Notes under the pieces: generated by a model
The model's input: only the letters and a program-made list of their open reading frames with translations
Told to the model about the DNA's origin: nothing
Databases searched by the model: none
Translations under genes and position numbers: made by a program
NCBI RefSeq assembly: GCF_006345805.1
Contig: NC_042998.1
Coordinates: 113,460,001-113,524,000, forward strand
DNA: 64,000 nt
Direction: 5' to 3'
Source: Octopus sinensis
Taxonomy: Eukaryota
In this document: in pieces, positions 38,837 through 50,910 of the stretch
Layout: each line of letters opens with the position of its first letter
How positions within the stretch are numbered: the first letter of the stretch is position 1

Positions 38837-39091
38837 CGTGTGCGCGCGTTCGTGCGAACCGCACAAAAATAGCTGCGTATCAAATTTTATATTGACAAAC
38901 GCTTGTGCGACACGAGTACCACTCAAATTTGAAGCCTTTAAACTTGCATCAATTAAAAACATGCAAGATGTGCAGAGATAAACATTGTAAGATTGTCCTC
39001 CTCCCACATAACATTTACATACAAATGTAAATACACACACACACACACACACTTGTATGTATGTATGTATGTATGTATACACAGACACACA

Positions 39092-39139
<48 letters not shown>

Positions 39140-39786
39140 CGAGAAAGAAGCAACAAGAATGGATTAGTTTTTAGTACAATTGTTTCATACAAAGACACGC
39201 TTTATTAAAAGTTGCAAAAATTGCAGCAGATAAAAGTGTCCCGTACTCATCAGCTAAAATAGATATGAGTTCTCCAAACATCTTAGTGGGTGAGGCTATA
39301 CTCATGAAGTATTGGAGATAATTTCATTAAAGGCAGATTTAGGTTGCAAACAGATTTCCAAAGTTCTTTAATGATGATGCACAGTCTTATCACAGGTTCT
39401 TAGAAGCTTATTAGCTTCACAGAGAAGGTGAATTAATCCGTAGTGTAGATGGAAATCTGTTTGCAACCTAAATCTGCCTTTAATGAAATTATCTCCAATA
39501 CTTCATGAGTATAGCCTCACCCACTAAGATGTTTGGAGAACTCATATGTATTTTAGCTGATGAGTACGGGACACTTTTATCTGGTGCAATTTTTGCAACT
39601 TTTAATAAAGCCTGTCTTTGTATGAAACAATTGTACTAAAAACTAATCCATTCTTGTTGCTTCTTTCTCGTTTATAATCACCCCACATTACTGTATGGTC
39701 AACACCATATAGTTTTCTGGTGCATCTAAGTTAAGTACCATATTCAAGTAAATTCATTGGAATTGACTTGAATCTTAATTGCTTTT

Positions 39787-39850
<64 letters not shown>

Positions 39851-41090
39851 TTAATGAATGGCTAAAGAATAGGAGTTACGTAGTCATCTTCCTTAGGTTA
39901 CAACTGCTGCTTTTGCAATAAGAAGGAATGCAATTGGATGGCTGTTGACTCTCTTGAGTTCATCCGCTCTTTGATAAATTTTGTTTTTCATTCAGCTCCT
40001 CACCATACTAGACATTTCTATCTCCTCGAATTTTACACATCTTATGTAACCACATCAGACTTTTCAAGTGTTGTATTGTGTCATTTTTTAATAACTTTTC
40101 CTCTCACAGAACTCGTAATTTTCGTATCAGTTGCATTGTAATTAATATTTCTCTAGTTCTTCTTTTTCTAATTTTCGCTCCCTGAATTCGCGCCTTACCT
40201 CTCTTTTTCGCTTCCCTTGCTCGTTGTTTCCTTTTCCTTTTTCTCCTTTTTCTACCTTCCATTTAAACGCGTTACACTCCGACACGTCAACACACCTCTA
40301 CCGCATTCATCTTGCTCTCCACATGCCTTTATCCCTGCACTCGCAATCCTATACACATATGCACCTCGAATACTCCACTCTCCTTTATGTCCATATCAAA
40401 ACACAAATACTCTCCTATATGTATATACACACTCGCCCCTTCGTCCCTAAATTAACTTCCCCAAAACTGCATTTCCCTCTGGTTCCTAACCCCTCACCTA
40501 TTATTTCTCAATAACTTTCCCCTCTTTCTTACTCCGTCTATGTGTTTCTTCTGATAAAGGACTAACGTTCGAAGCGTTAAAACCCTTTCCCTTCTTTTTA
40601 AGCATTAAGCTAATACAGTTTTTATTAAAACTTAAGTCTTGTGTTGTCATTTTTCTTTTTGTTTTTGTTATTTGCCTGTACAGTACACACGCACTCATAC
40701 ACATCACACACACAAGGAAGGGCACACTGGATAATGTAATTCAAGATAAACTATATCTGAAGAAATAAAGAGACTGGATTCTCCTCATGTCTTGAATATC
40801 TCGATCATGTGTCAGCATGTTTTATCAGGACTGACTTGGAGCAAAATAACAGCAAACACTACTACAAGCCAACGTCTACCTGGGAACGCAGTCTGTTAGA
40901 AATAGCGGCCAAAAACAGCTCTCATGTTTGTATAACGTGATCGTTGTATGTTAGAATATCTAAATGAGAGACAGGACTGTCACGTCTGTAACGTCATGAT
41001 CACAGATCTACCTACTTGATCAGAGCACTAACCTGGGTTAGAAATAACACCACCACAGCTAATACCACCACCACTACCACCACCACAACC

Positions 41091-41188
<98 letters not shown>

Positions 41189-41970
41189 AACTACTACTAC
41201 TACTACCTGACACAGGTTGTCAAGGGTCTCTCAAAATGTGATCTCTTTCAATGCAGAAACACACACACACACACACAACACTCATACATACATTAATTCA
41301 TTCATTCATACATACATACATACATACATACATACATACATACATACACACATACATACATACATACATACATACATACAGACAGACAGACAGACAGACA
41401 TTTCCACACGCCTGCACACACTCGCACACACATACGCACACACGATTCCCTCCACCCCCCACCACCCCGCCCAGCTTAACAGAAATAGAAGCTGACTACA
41501 TTTTTTTAACCGACCTAAACAAATATTTGGTTAGTTAATATTTAAATATTGTTTTTTTATCCAGTAATGTTTTAAAATTGTTTGTACTTAAATCGACTCT
41601 TTTATTTAACATGTTTGACTTGTTTGTCATAAAATGTCTTTTTTTTTTATGTGTGAAATGCCAAAACTTAAAAATAAAACTACTTCGTTAATAATTAAAA
41701 CACTCATTTGAAGTTTTTGTCACGTCCTTTAAAGTTATTTTCGTGATATCTTTGCCGTCTTACGGATGACATTTCCACTTTCAGCAGGTTTAGAGGTGAT
41801 TCAAGGTATACGAACGGGAAAAACTAGGCTGCTAAATATATTGTTTATGTTCGGTATACGCCTGTCTAGCTTTATCTCTAGATTTAGTTTTCTTTATGTT
41901 TTCTTCTTCGTTTCTTTCCTTTTCTTTTTTTTTTTTCATAGCAACCTACTTATTTAAGGATATCCTGTCA

Positions 41971-42006
<36 letters not shown>

Positions 42007-42082
42007 ACACACACACACACGCACTCTCTCATACATACATACACGCTCACCCCGGCTCAAACACATTCGTACACACACGCAT

Positions 42083-42156
<74 letters not shown>

Positions 42157-45100
42157 TATCTGCTATGTCCGTGCTGAATTTTGCTTGGAGACCTGAAAGT
42201 CAAACAGAAACAAGAAACCCAAGAGGAATTATGTACATTATTTACATTATTTACAATTGACGGATATTTGTTCACATCTTGTTTGTGTCTTTCAATTTTC
42301 GATGTTGTTTTTGTTGTTGTTATTATTATTATAATTCAGGTCACTTCCTGGAATCGAACTCGGAATCCTGGGGATAGTAGCCCGCGCTCTTAACCACTAC
42401 GTCATATGCAATTATGGAGTGAATTCTAGGGCTTATAAATCTAATATTCCCCTAACCTTCCTTAATACCAGTTCCCATATGCTGTTCATATCTGAACTCG
42501 GTCTGCTTAAGAGGTTGTTGTGTCCTAGCATATGTACTGCTTCTTTTAGTTGTCGTATTTTCCAGTGGTGTTCTTTGTCTATTATTTTAACTTCATCCCA
42601 TAGGGGAAGGTGGTCTCCATTTTTCCATACATGATCAGCTATACCCGATTTATCAATATCTCCCTCTGTCACAGCTTTACGATGTTCCTCTACCCTTATT
42701 TTGAGGGGGCTGCATGTTTCGCCTTTGTATAACCTACCACAGCTGCATGGGATAGAGTACATGCAGTTCTTAGTCATATTCTCATATTCTCTTCTATTGG
42801 TAGTTTTACTCGAAGGAGATATTTGCGAAGTGTTGTATTACTTTTGAATACTGTCCTGATGTCATATGGGCCGCATATCTTTTGTATCTTTTCAGAGAGG
42901 CCTTTCACATAGGGTAGACAGACTGTGGACAGTTTATCGGTTTCATCCGCTTTCTTGATAATTGGAGTGGTGAGTGTGCTTTTGGGGTAGTTGTTGCTTA
43001 ATAGATTGTTACTGAGCTTGATCATTTCTTCGTGGTGGTTATCACGATCGCTACTTATATTCATTGCTCGATGTTTTAGGCACTGAGCAATCCCTCTCTT
43101 TACACTGTATGGATGGTAGGAATTGAAGTTGAGGTATCGTCCAGTGAAGGTCGGCTTGCGATATACGGATGTCCTGAATCCGTACTTGGTGCATGTTATT
43201 AATACGTCCAGGAATGCTAGCTGATTGTCTTTTTCTGCTTCCTTTGTGAACTGTATGGATGGCTTTATTGAGTTCACATGATCTAACAGCACTTGGACAT
43301 CTTCCTGGTGGGGCCAGAGTATGAAGGTGTCATCAACATATCGCAGCCATAGGGTTGGTTTTAGTGGTGTTGATCCTAAAGCCAAATTCTCAAAGCATTC
43401 CATGTGTGCCCCAGTATGACCACAGCTCGTGAGCTGAAACTAGATAAAATATAAAAAAATATAAAATATATATTGGCTCTTATCGGTGATAATGGCGAAC
43501 CCATAGGTAAACCCTCTTCTTGCCGATATATATCAGTGTCCATACTGAAGTAGGTAGTTTCTACATTGAAAGTCAACATTTTCATCAAGTTTCTTATAGG
43601 TATATTAGATGGGTGTCTGTCACTAGTTTTTCTTGAATCACCGATAGTGGTTCACCAGTTGAACAGACTTATCACATCTAGACTCATCATCTGGTTGGAT
43701 TCAATGGGAGTATCCTTGATCAATTCTGTGAAGTGGGTGGAATTCTTCACGTACGATGTTGACTTTCCTGCTAATGGACTGATTATATCCACAAGGAAGC
43801 GGCTCAGTGGATGACATGCTGAACCTCTACAGTTGACTATAGATCTTAATGGAATACCATCCTTGTGTACGGTCTTCCTAAGAGATTTAGAGCTTTTCGG
43901 AACAACGTTTCCACTCCACTTGACTTGCTTCGACCGAACAAAGTGTGTGTAGATTAGAAACTCTGATCTTGCCAATTACTATTACATCTAAATTCAATGA
44001 CCCTGCTTTTAGAGACCACCCAGGCCACTTACACTTACGTGCCTCGCTTTCAACATTGTTTTAAATGAAGATGGGAAAAGGTCAGTTATCTCAGATTCGT
44101 ACTGAGGTGTATTGCATACTTTGAGTTTACTAGAAGACCTCTCCGGAATTACGGATGTTGGAATCTTTTTGAATTACTTGACGCCCAGAGGAAATTTCTT
44201 CCTCACCACATCTCTGTATACTCCTGATGTTGTCCTCACTAGTTTTCAGGAGGAATATTATCATCCTCCAATCCGTCTGTTTCTCCTTCTTTTTGCAATG
44301 TTTGTAATTTTACGAACTCCTTTAATTTGGTGCTGTTCTTATGAACACAAGTGAAATTGAAAAGTGTTTGTTGTTGCTGTTGCCATTGTTGTTTGTGTTG
44401 TTCTTATTGCGGTTGTTATTTTACTGTTCTTTGTGTTGTTTAACTCTCTGACCTGGCACACTCACACCTTTCTCTTCTGCCTACCAACTTCTATTTTTGG
44501 ATCCGACCAAAGTGGGATTTTGTGGTTCAACTTCGGTCGCTTGAGTCGGTGTGCGACGAAGGCAAAAGTGATGGAAGCTTTATCGAAGTTTCATGTTTTT
44601 TTACTTTTGGTTTTAGGGAAGGATACATTTATTGGAGATATACGGGAAACCGCGCTTTTAGCAGTCTGTTTCTGTCATTGCTTTTGTTTTTGTTGGTGTA
44701 GTTGTTTTTTATGTTGATATGTATTTGTTCTTGATATGGATTTGTTTTTGGTGTTGGTAGTAGTTGTATTTTAGATTTTTTGTTGTTTTGTAACTGCTGC
44801 TTTATGAGGGTACAAAATGGCTTTAGATAGAGCTACAACAATGGAAAGCTTTGTCCTTTCTTCTCTTCACTATATACGACCATCGTGTTTTATATGCTTT
44901 CAATATAGGATTGGTCTAAAGATTAAAAAAGAGAGGTTTTAGGTGTGATTAGCGCCTAGATCGCAAGCAAAATCAAACACTTCTTATAGGGGAAGAACCT
45001 TCAAAAGGTCTGTTATCCCTTCAATTTGTTTTACCAAAGTCCATCGATCCTGGTTTGGTGACACGTTATGAATTTATATTTTGGTAGAAGGATGATCTAG

Positions 45101-48100
45101 ATTGGTAAGAATTAAGTTAAATTCCTCTGAGATACATACACTAGTGGAGTCCTGTCTTTTACTTCTTCTCTTCGCAACAAGTTTGACTTTGACTGTTTCC
45201 AGGGATCCCTAATGGCCCCACGCACGTTTTAAGACATTTTTCTTTCTGCGCAGTAGAAACGCTGTGCTTCTTTATTGTTTTTCTCCCCTTGTTTATACCC
45301 CTTGTTTGTACCTGAAGGTAACTGTGCTTTTTAGTGAGCGATCCTTATCAATCACTAATCATTATGTACAACCCTTCTTTCTCAGAGTATCGAACCCCTT
45401 GGTATCTCCACCCGGCTCATGTCTTTCTTGTAGATGTTGACCTGAAACAGTTTATATGAAACATCAATAACATTAAACTCATCGGACTAGGAGCGCCTGC
45501 AATCATGACCTCTTCCTCTTCCTCCAGATCCAGCAAATAAAAAAAAAATGCAAAAACAGAAAACGTCTTGTAGAAGCACTATTACATCAGAACCCTTTAT
45601 AAAAGGCTTCGCTCAAATTAAATCTTCAAATTAAAAAGCAACAAACAAAAAACGAGTGATCAGTCCAGACACTGGTGGCTCTTGCAGTAAATGATATACA
45701 TTCTTTAGTGTTACCGTTGATTTCGTTATTGTTGTTGTTGTTAAGGCGACGAACTGGTAGAATCGTTAGCGTGTCGGACAAATTGCTTAGCGGTATTTCT
45801 TCCGGCTCTTTACGTTCTGAGTTCAAACTCTACCTTGGTCAACTTTCCTTTTCGTCCTTTCAGAGTCGATAAAGTAAAGTATCAGTCAAGCACTGGGGTC
45901 AATGTAATCGATTTTCTCCTTCCACAAAAATTGCTGGCCTTGTGCCAAAATTTGCAACGGCTATTGTTATTGTTGATGCTTTTTTATTCATTCATGTTGC
46001 TGCTTTTTTTCGCCAATAAAAGAGTGCTCAAACATAGACACAGTCATTAATTTTACAAAAAGTATACAACATTAACTAAATCGACTACTTCCTTCAATTA
46101 TTAAGTGGTACTTACTTTATTGACGTTCGGGACTGTAAAGTAAAATTACCTCGGTGTTGGGAAGATCTTGAAATTGTCACAGCAAAACACAGAAACAAGG
46201 ACTTCTTATAGACATTAGTCTGGAATTCTTTAGTTGTTGCTATTGACAACCAGAACTAAAGACTGCTTACAATCATGCAGTCGGGAATTCTAGAAATTTC
46301 TAGAATTTCTAGACATTTCTGTCATTCCACTGTGTCAAACAGAGAACAACATCAGTGAACGAGGGGTCCTTTATATAACTCATTGACCAGGTAGATATAG
46401 CAGCCAATGCTCCAGAAGGAACCACCGGGGGGCAGCTCTTGAATTCACCGTCCCTATCCGGCAAACAGCTTCTATAGACTTATACAATAGACCCTAAAGT
46501 GCGGCTCCTATAAAAGCGTCGTCCGGGACTGACTGCCGCTCGCCTTATTAGCTACGCTACTGATTGCAGAGTATTGAATTATTTAATATTCCATTGTGGA
46601 GTACTGCATTGTAGAGTATTACACAGTGGAGTACTACCCTGTGGCGTACTTGATTGCGGTGAATTGTATTGTGAAATACTGCCTTGTGAAGTGTTGCATT
46701 GAAGGGTACTTGACTGAAGCATTCTGCATTGTGGAGTATTGAATTGTGGACTGGTACTCTGTGAAGTACTTAATTGTGGAGTACCACTGCATTATGGACT
46801 ACTCTTTAATGGAGTACTCAATTCAATAAAAATTGAACCAAAATGGATTAATCTTTTTATAGAAATCCAAAATATTAAATAAGTGTTCATGCTTGATTTT
46901 AAATCCGTGATCACTGGATAAAGAAATTAACTCTCTTTCTTCTTTGCATTATTTCCAATCAATATCAGATAAATTATTTTATAAACAGGTTTCCAAATCT
47001 AATCATATTCACCCGTGTTTAATGATGGTCGTATATGGCAGACGACTGATGTTATATTTTGGAAATCAGTTTGTTACAATTGTGACGAAAGAACATGAAT
47101 GCGGAGAGAAGAGAGCTGCAGATTTCAATCTAAATATTAGTTTCAAATTTTGACAGAAGGCTAGCAATTTTGGGGAGGGCATAAATCAATTACTTCCACT
47201 CAAGTGCTCAACTGGTACTTATTTTATCGATCCTGAAAGGATAAAAGAATCATTTGTAAAAATAGGGATATTGGTAAATATCAGTCATACTACGTATGAA
47301 CAGAATTTCTCATTGTCCCTTCTTTTGATTCACAAAATCTTTATATTGAAAAAATCGTTCATTTGATTAGAAACAAAATTAACTGCAATTACAGTATTTA
47401 TTTATATTTTTATTAACTTTTAAAAAAAGCAAAGAATAAACTACATGCGTCCCTCTTCTTACGTCAGCAAATGGTTCCAAGTCATGCGACTTAACTCGTA
47501 AAATGCCGTAACTCGAAAATCATTAAAAAAAATTTATTAGCTTATATCTATTTTAATAATTGGTTTGTACATGTTTTTACATATTTTGTTTGATTTTCCA
47601 TTTCTGTATTGGTTTTTAGCGTTTTTATTTATAATTTTCAGGTTTCTAAATATGCTCGCTGAGACCTATAAATTATTTCTTTAAAAAAGATGTAAACTCG
47701 AACAAAATGTAACTCGAAACGACATAAGTTGGAGTATGCCTGTACTTTGAGGATCAATAATCAAAATTTTCATTTTTTTCGTTTGACATAATGTAACCCA
47801 GCTGGTTAGGGGCCAAAATTGGCTTAGTTGGATAGAATACCTTGTGGTATTCGCGTCGGTGTTCTGAGGCCAACTTTGCTTTTATAATACTGGGGTCAAC
47901 TTTGCTTTTTATAATTTCTTTTCAAGGTCAACAACTAAAGTACAAGGGTTGATTGTTCTTTCCCTCTGGAAGGAAATGGCTGTGGTTAGCCCTGGAAGGG
48001 TATGGGCTCTGTCAGGTTTAGCTGTCCCAGGCACACAATATAAGATCCTGCTAGGAGTTGAGCACACAAAATTGAATTCAAAGGTACAATGCTTTCCCTT

Positions 48101-49357
48101 ACCCCTCTCCTAGCTGTAATTTAGATGACTCTTAGCCTTTTTTCATAAATTTAAAATTTATCATTGTCGTGTTGCTCTAAGACGGTGAGCTAGCAGAATC
48201 GTTACCGCGCCGGACAAAATACTTGTTCGGCGACATTTTTTTCGGCTCTTCACGCTCTTAGTTCAAATGCCACCAAGGTCGATTTTGCCTTTCATCTGTT
48301 TCGGAGATCGACAAAATAAGTAACAGTTGAACACTGGGAATCGTTGTAATTGACTTCTCTCTCCCTTCAAAGTTGCTAGTCTTGTAGCAAAATAAAAAAA
48401 AAAAGAATTACTGTCGCGATGCGTCTATTCTAGAGACATCTAGCAGCACATCAGCGTTCCTCGGTTCACAGCCTGGAAATACTCAATACTCGGAAGAAGG
48501 GGTTAGTGGTCATGCTTTGTTATTCCTTTGCTCATATTTTTACACAGTTAGGAATAACATGGAGCTAAACAACAACAGCAGCAGCACCAGAACCGACGTG
48601 GCAGGAAGGGCTATACATGGTCGCTATAACTACGAGATACCGCTCACATAATATGAAGAGTGTTTTCAATATGTTGAAAATAAAACCATATTGAAAAATT
48701 GGAAGAGGTTATTTTATTCTCTCGGAAACACAATATGTTGATATATTTTTCTACTTTCGATTGCTTTGAAATGGTGACAAATATCCCTCAAATCACATTT
48801 TATCTTCTTAAAGAAAGGAATGCTACATTGGATAATGCAGCCATTTTAAAACCATGTCTGAAAAGAATATCAGTAAAGCAAAGCAAAACAGACAGCATGG
48901 TCCTTGCCCTTGATCACAGGGATTGGAGTACAAACAAACAAACAAACAAATGAATAAAAGCAGTGTAATATGTGGTTACCTGATGTGTGAGGCTGTGGTC
49001 TGCTATTTCAATGCCTCGTCCGTGTAGTTTACGAACCATACAGTAATCAGTGTAGTTGTGAGAGACAAACAAAGTCATGGAGATAGGGCACCCGTTTGGG
49101 TTCTTTCGGCGTCCGTCGGGTGGGAAGAGTTTCAGGTAGTAATCCCAATTGTCCCAGTTGACAGCATCGTCGAACGACAGTAAAACTATTTGAGGAATAT
49201 CTTCTGGATGGAATCCACCCGGAATGTTCACCCCGGAGCAGTGACAGTTTGGTGCTTTACAAGTCGTAGAATCACATATTTGTTGACCATCACCCAGGTA
49301 ACTGAGTATGGCCAAAATGATGGTCACAAAATGGTAATATTTATTATCCAAATACAT
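35060..49357 (-). CDS. Chitin/polysaccharide deacetylase-like protein (CE4/NodB fold), two coding exons, 447 aa, secreted, likely GPI-anchored
   Basis: join(complement 48980-49357, 35060-36025). Phase-0 intron CAG|gtaacc...tacag|GTA gives HSLTHQ|[12 protein letters not shown]4 motifs SFDD, HSLTH, RSPF and LHSPW are present; N-terminal hydrophobic stretch; C-terminal hydrophobic tail. Confidence 0.93.
36355..36572. repeat. Compound (TACA)n-(TA)n-(TACA)n microsatellite
   Basis: Direct read. Confidence 0.95.
38200..38400 (+). mobile_element. Decayed SINE in deacetylase intron
   Basis: ttcaaatccagccgagatcaacttcacctttcatcctttcggtgtcgataaaataaagtacc core. Confidence 0.75.
39140..39670. mobile_element. 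Foldback/MITE-like element with 221-bp inverted arms
   Basis: 39140-39360 is the reverse complement of 39450-39670 at 218/221 positions; 89-bp spacer; left flank is (TA)n. Confidence 0.8.
39791..39846. repeat. (TA)n microsatellite
   Basis: Direct read. Confidence 0.95.
41050..41206. repeat. (CAC)n/(CTA)n trinucleotide repeat
   Basis: Direct read. Confidence 0.95.
42337..42409 (-). other. tRNA-derived (SINE-head-like) module
   Basis: GCATATGACGTAGTGGTTAAGAGC (A-box-like)...GAGTTCGATTCC (B-box); stems too degenerate for a functional tRNA. Confidence 0.7.
42433..44350 (-). mobile_element. Penelope-like element (RT + GIY-YIG endonuclease), decayed
   Basis: [47 protein letters not shown], and C-terminal [16 protein letters not shown]...EEH...EAVH; frameshifts and a 62-bp insertion; 5' limit approximate. 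Confidence 0.92.
45743..45965 (+). mobile_element. tRNA-derived SINE
   Basis: aaggcgacgaactggtagaatcgttagc head, B-box, core, (TTA/TTG)n tail. Confidence 0.85.
46155..46561 (-). mobile_element. Possible solo LTR
   Basis: Ends ...CCCAACA on the minus strand, TATATAA-type box, ctagaaatttctaga palindromes; interrupts a SINE core; no target-site duplication found. Confidence 0.3.
46593..46822. repeat. Degenerate 15-bp minisatellite (ATTGTGGAGTACTGC-like)
   Basis: About 15 diverged units of tgtggagtac/tgtgaagtac. Confidence 0.75.
47442..47744. mobile_element. Decayed Tigger/pogo-type MITE
   Basis: Right end cgacataagttggagtatgcctgta; weak left end tacatgcgtccctcttcttacgtc; internal taactcgaa repeats. 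Confidence 0.45.
48179..48400 (+). mobile_element. tRNA-derived SINE
   Basis: aagacggtgagctagcagaatcgtt head and gcctttcatc core. Confidence 0.8.
48980..49357 (-). CDS. Deacetylase coding exon 1 (126 aa)
   Basis: [24 protein letters not shown]...[13 protein letters not shown]...[13 protein letters not shown]...[15 protein letters not shown]...[10 protein letters not shown]; donor gtaacc. Confidence 0.93.
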
Positions 49358-49774
49358 AACACTCCAGTTCAGATTCTATTTCTTTACTTTGTTAAAGAAA
49401 TGATGTATTCTCACTTTCTTCTTAGTTTGTACTTCCCCTCTTTGGTTTTAATTCAGAAATAGTTTATCCAATTTTACCTTGTATTTCATTAAAGATATTC
49501 TGTTTCTACCATTCTTTGATAGTTGGTCTTTAATATTCCTGGGTAATTTACTTGTCACAAATTATATTTAATATGCAAGTATATTATCGAATGTTATCAA
49601 TTAATTTCAGTAAGCTTGTTCATTCGTTTTAACATCGACACTGATACACACATACGCCCATACATCCGAAAGTTTCAAGGTGAAGATGGCTTTCAATTTA
49701 ATCTTCAGATTTAGAATGTTGTCACTGCCCATACTTTCTAGCCACTTCCTTTGGTTGTGATGTATGCATGCATA

Positions 49775-49825
49775 GCTGTGTGTGTGGCTATCTCTGTGTG
49801 TATATATGATATATGCCTGATTGTA

Positions 49826-49880
<55 letters not shown>

Positions 49881-49974
49881 ACACATAATTTATATATATG
49901 CTTGTGTGTGTGTATGTGTATACGTATATATATGTATTTATGTATGAATATATGTACGTATGTATATTTGTGTA

Positions 49975-50016
<42 letters not shown>

Positions 50017-50025
50017 CACACATAC

Positions 50026-50106
<81 letters not shown>

Positions 50107-50170
50107 CATACGGACACATATATATATTATACACACGCACCCATACATACACACACACATGTATAATCAT
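49775..50170. repeat. Compound (CA)n/(TG)n/(TA)n microsatellite upstream of the deacetylase
   Basis: Direct read. Confidence 0.92.
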
Positions 50171-50489
50171 ATATGTCCATAGTCAAAATATTTGAATATT
50201 TATATGAGTGTGCGTAGTTACATGTATATACATTTGGTACACACACACACACACACACACTCGCGTGCATACGTATGCAAGTATATATGCATGTATGTAT
50301 ATGTGCTTGCGTGTGTATGTATGGATCTATATTTGCCCTGACCTGTGTAAGAATAGAGATGGTACGGTGGAGTGTAGTGATGGTACCAATTTAGAAGCTG
50401 TTTGACAAAAGTCGGCACTATCCAAGCGAGATAACCACACACACACACCGCCCCCCCCACCATTTACTAACATTCTTACAAAGTTGAAA

Positions 50490-50657
50490 CCTGTCTCATT
50501 TCATCATCATCGTCGTCGTCGTCGTTGCTGCCGTCGTTGCCATCTGCTGCAAGGACGCCACCTGCACTCCTCCCCTTCCCCTCCCTTCCCTCCTCCTCCT
50601 CTACATCATCATCATCATCATCATCATCCTCACCACGACCACGACCACGACCACCAT

Positions 50658-50693
<36 letters not shown>

Positions 50694-50875
50694 CTCCACG
50701 ACGACGACGACGACGACGACGACGACCACCACCACCACCACCAACCACCACGACCACCACCACGCCCACCACCACGCCCACCACCACGACCACCTCCACG
50801 ACCACCTCCACGACAACCTCCACGACGACAACGACGACGACGACGACCACCACCACGACCACCACCACCACCACA

Positions 50876-50907
<32 letters not shown>

Positions 50908-50910
50908 TTC
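50490..50910. repeat. Compound triplet/hexamer repeat (CAT, CGT, CCT, CAC, CACGAC, CGA)
   Basis: Direct read. Confidence 0.92.

Noticed and set aside
42337-42409. Functional tRNA gene
   Set aside because: Acceptor, D and T stems do not pair properly; treated as a tRNA-derived repeat head.
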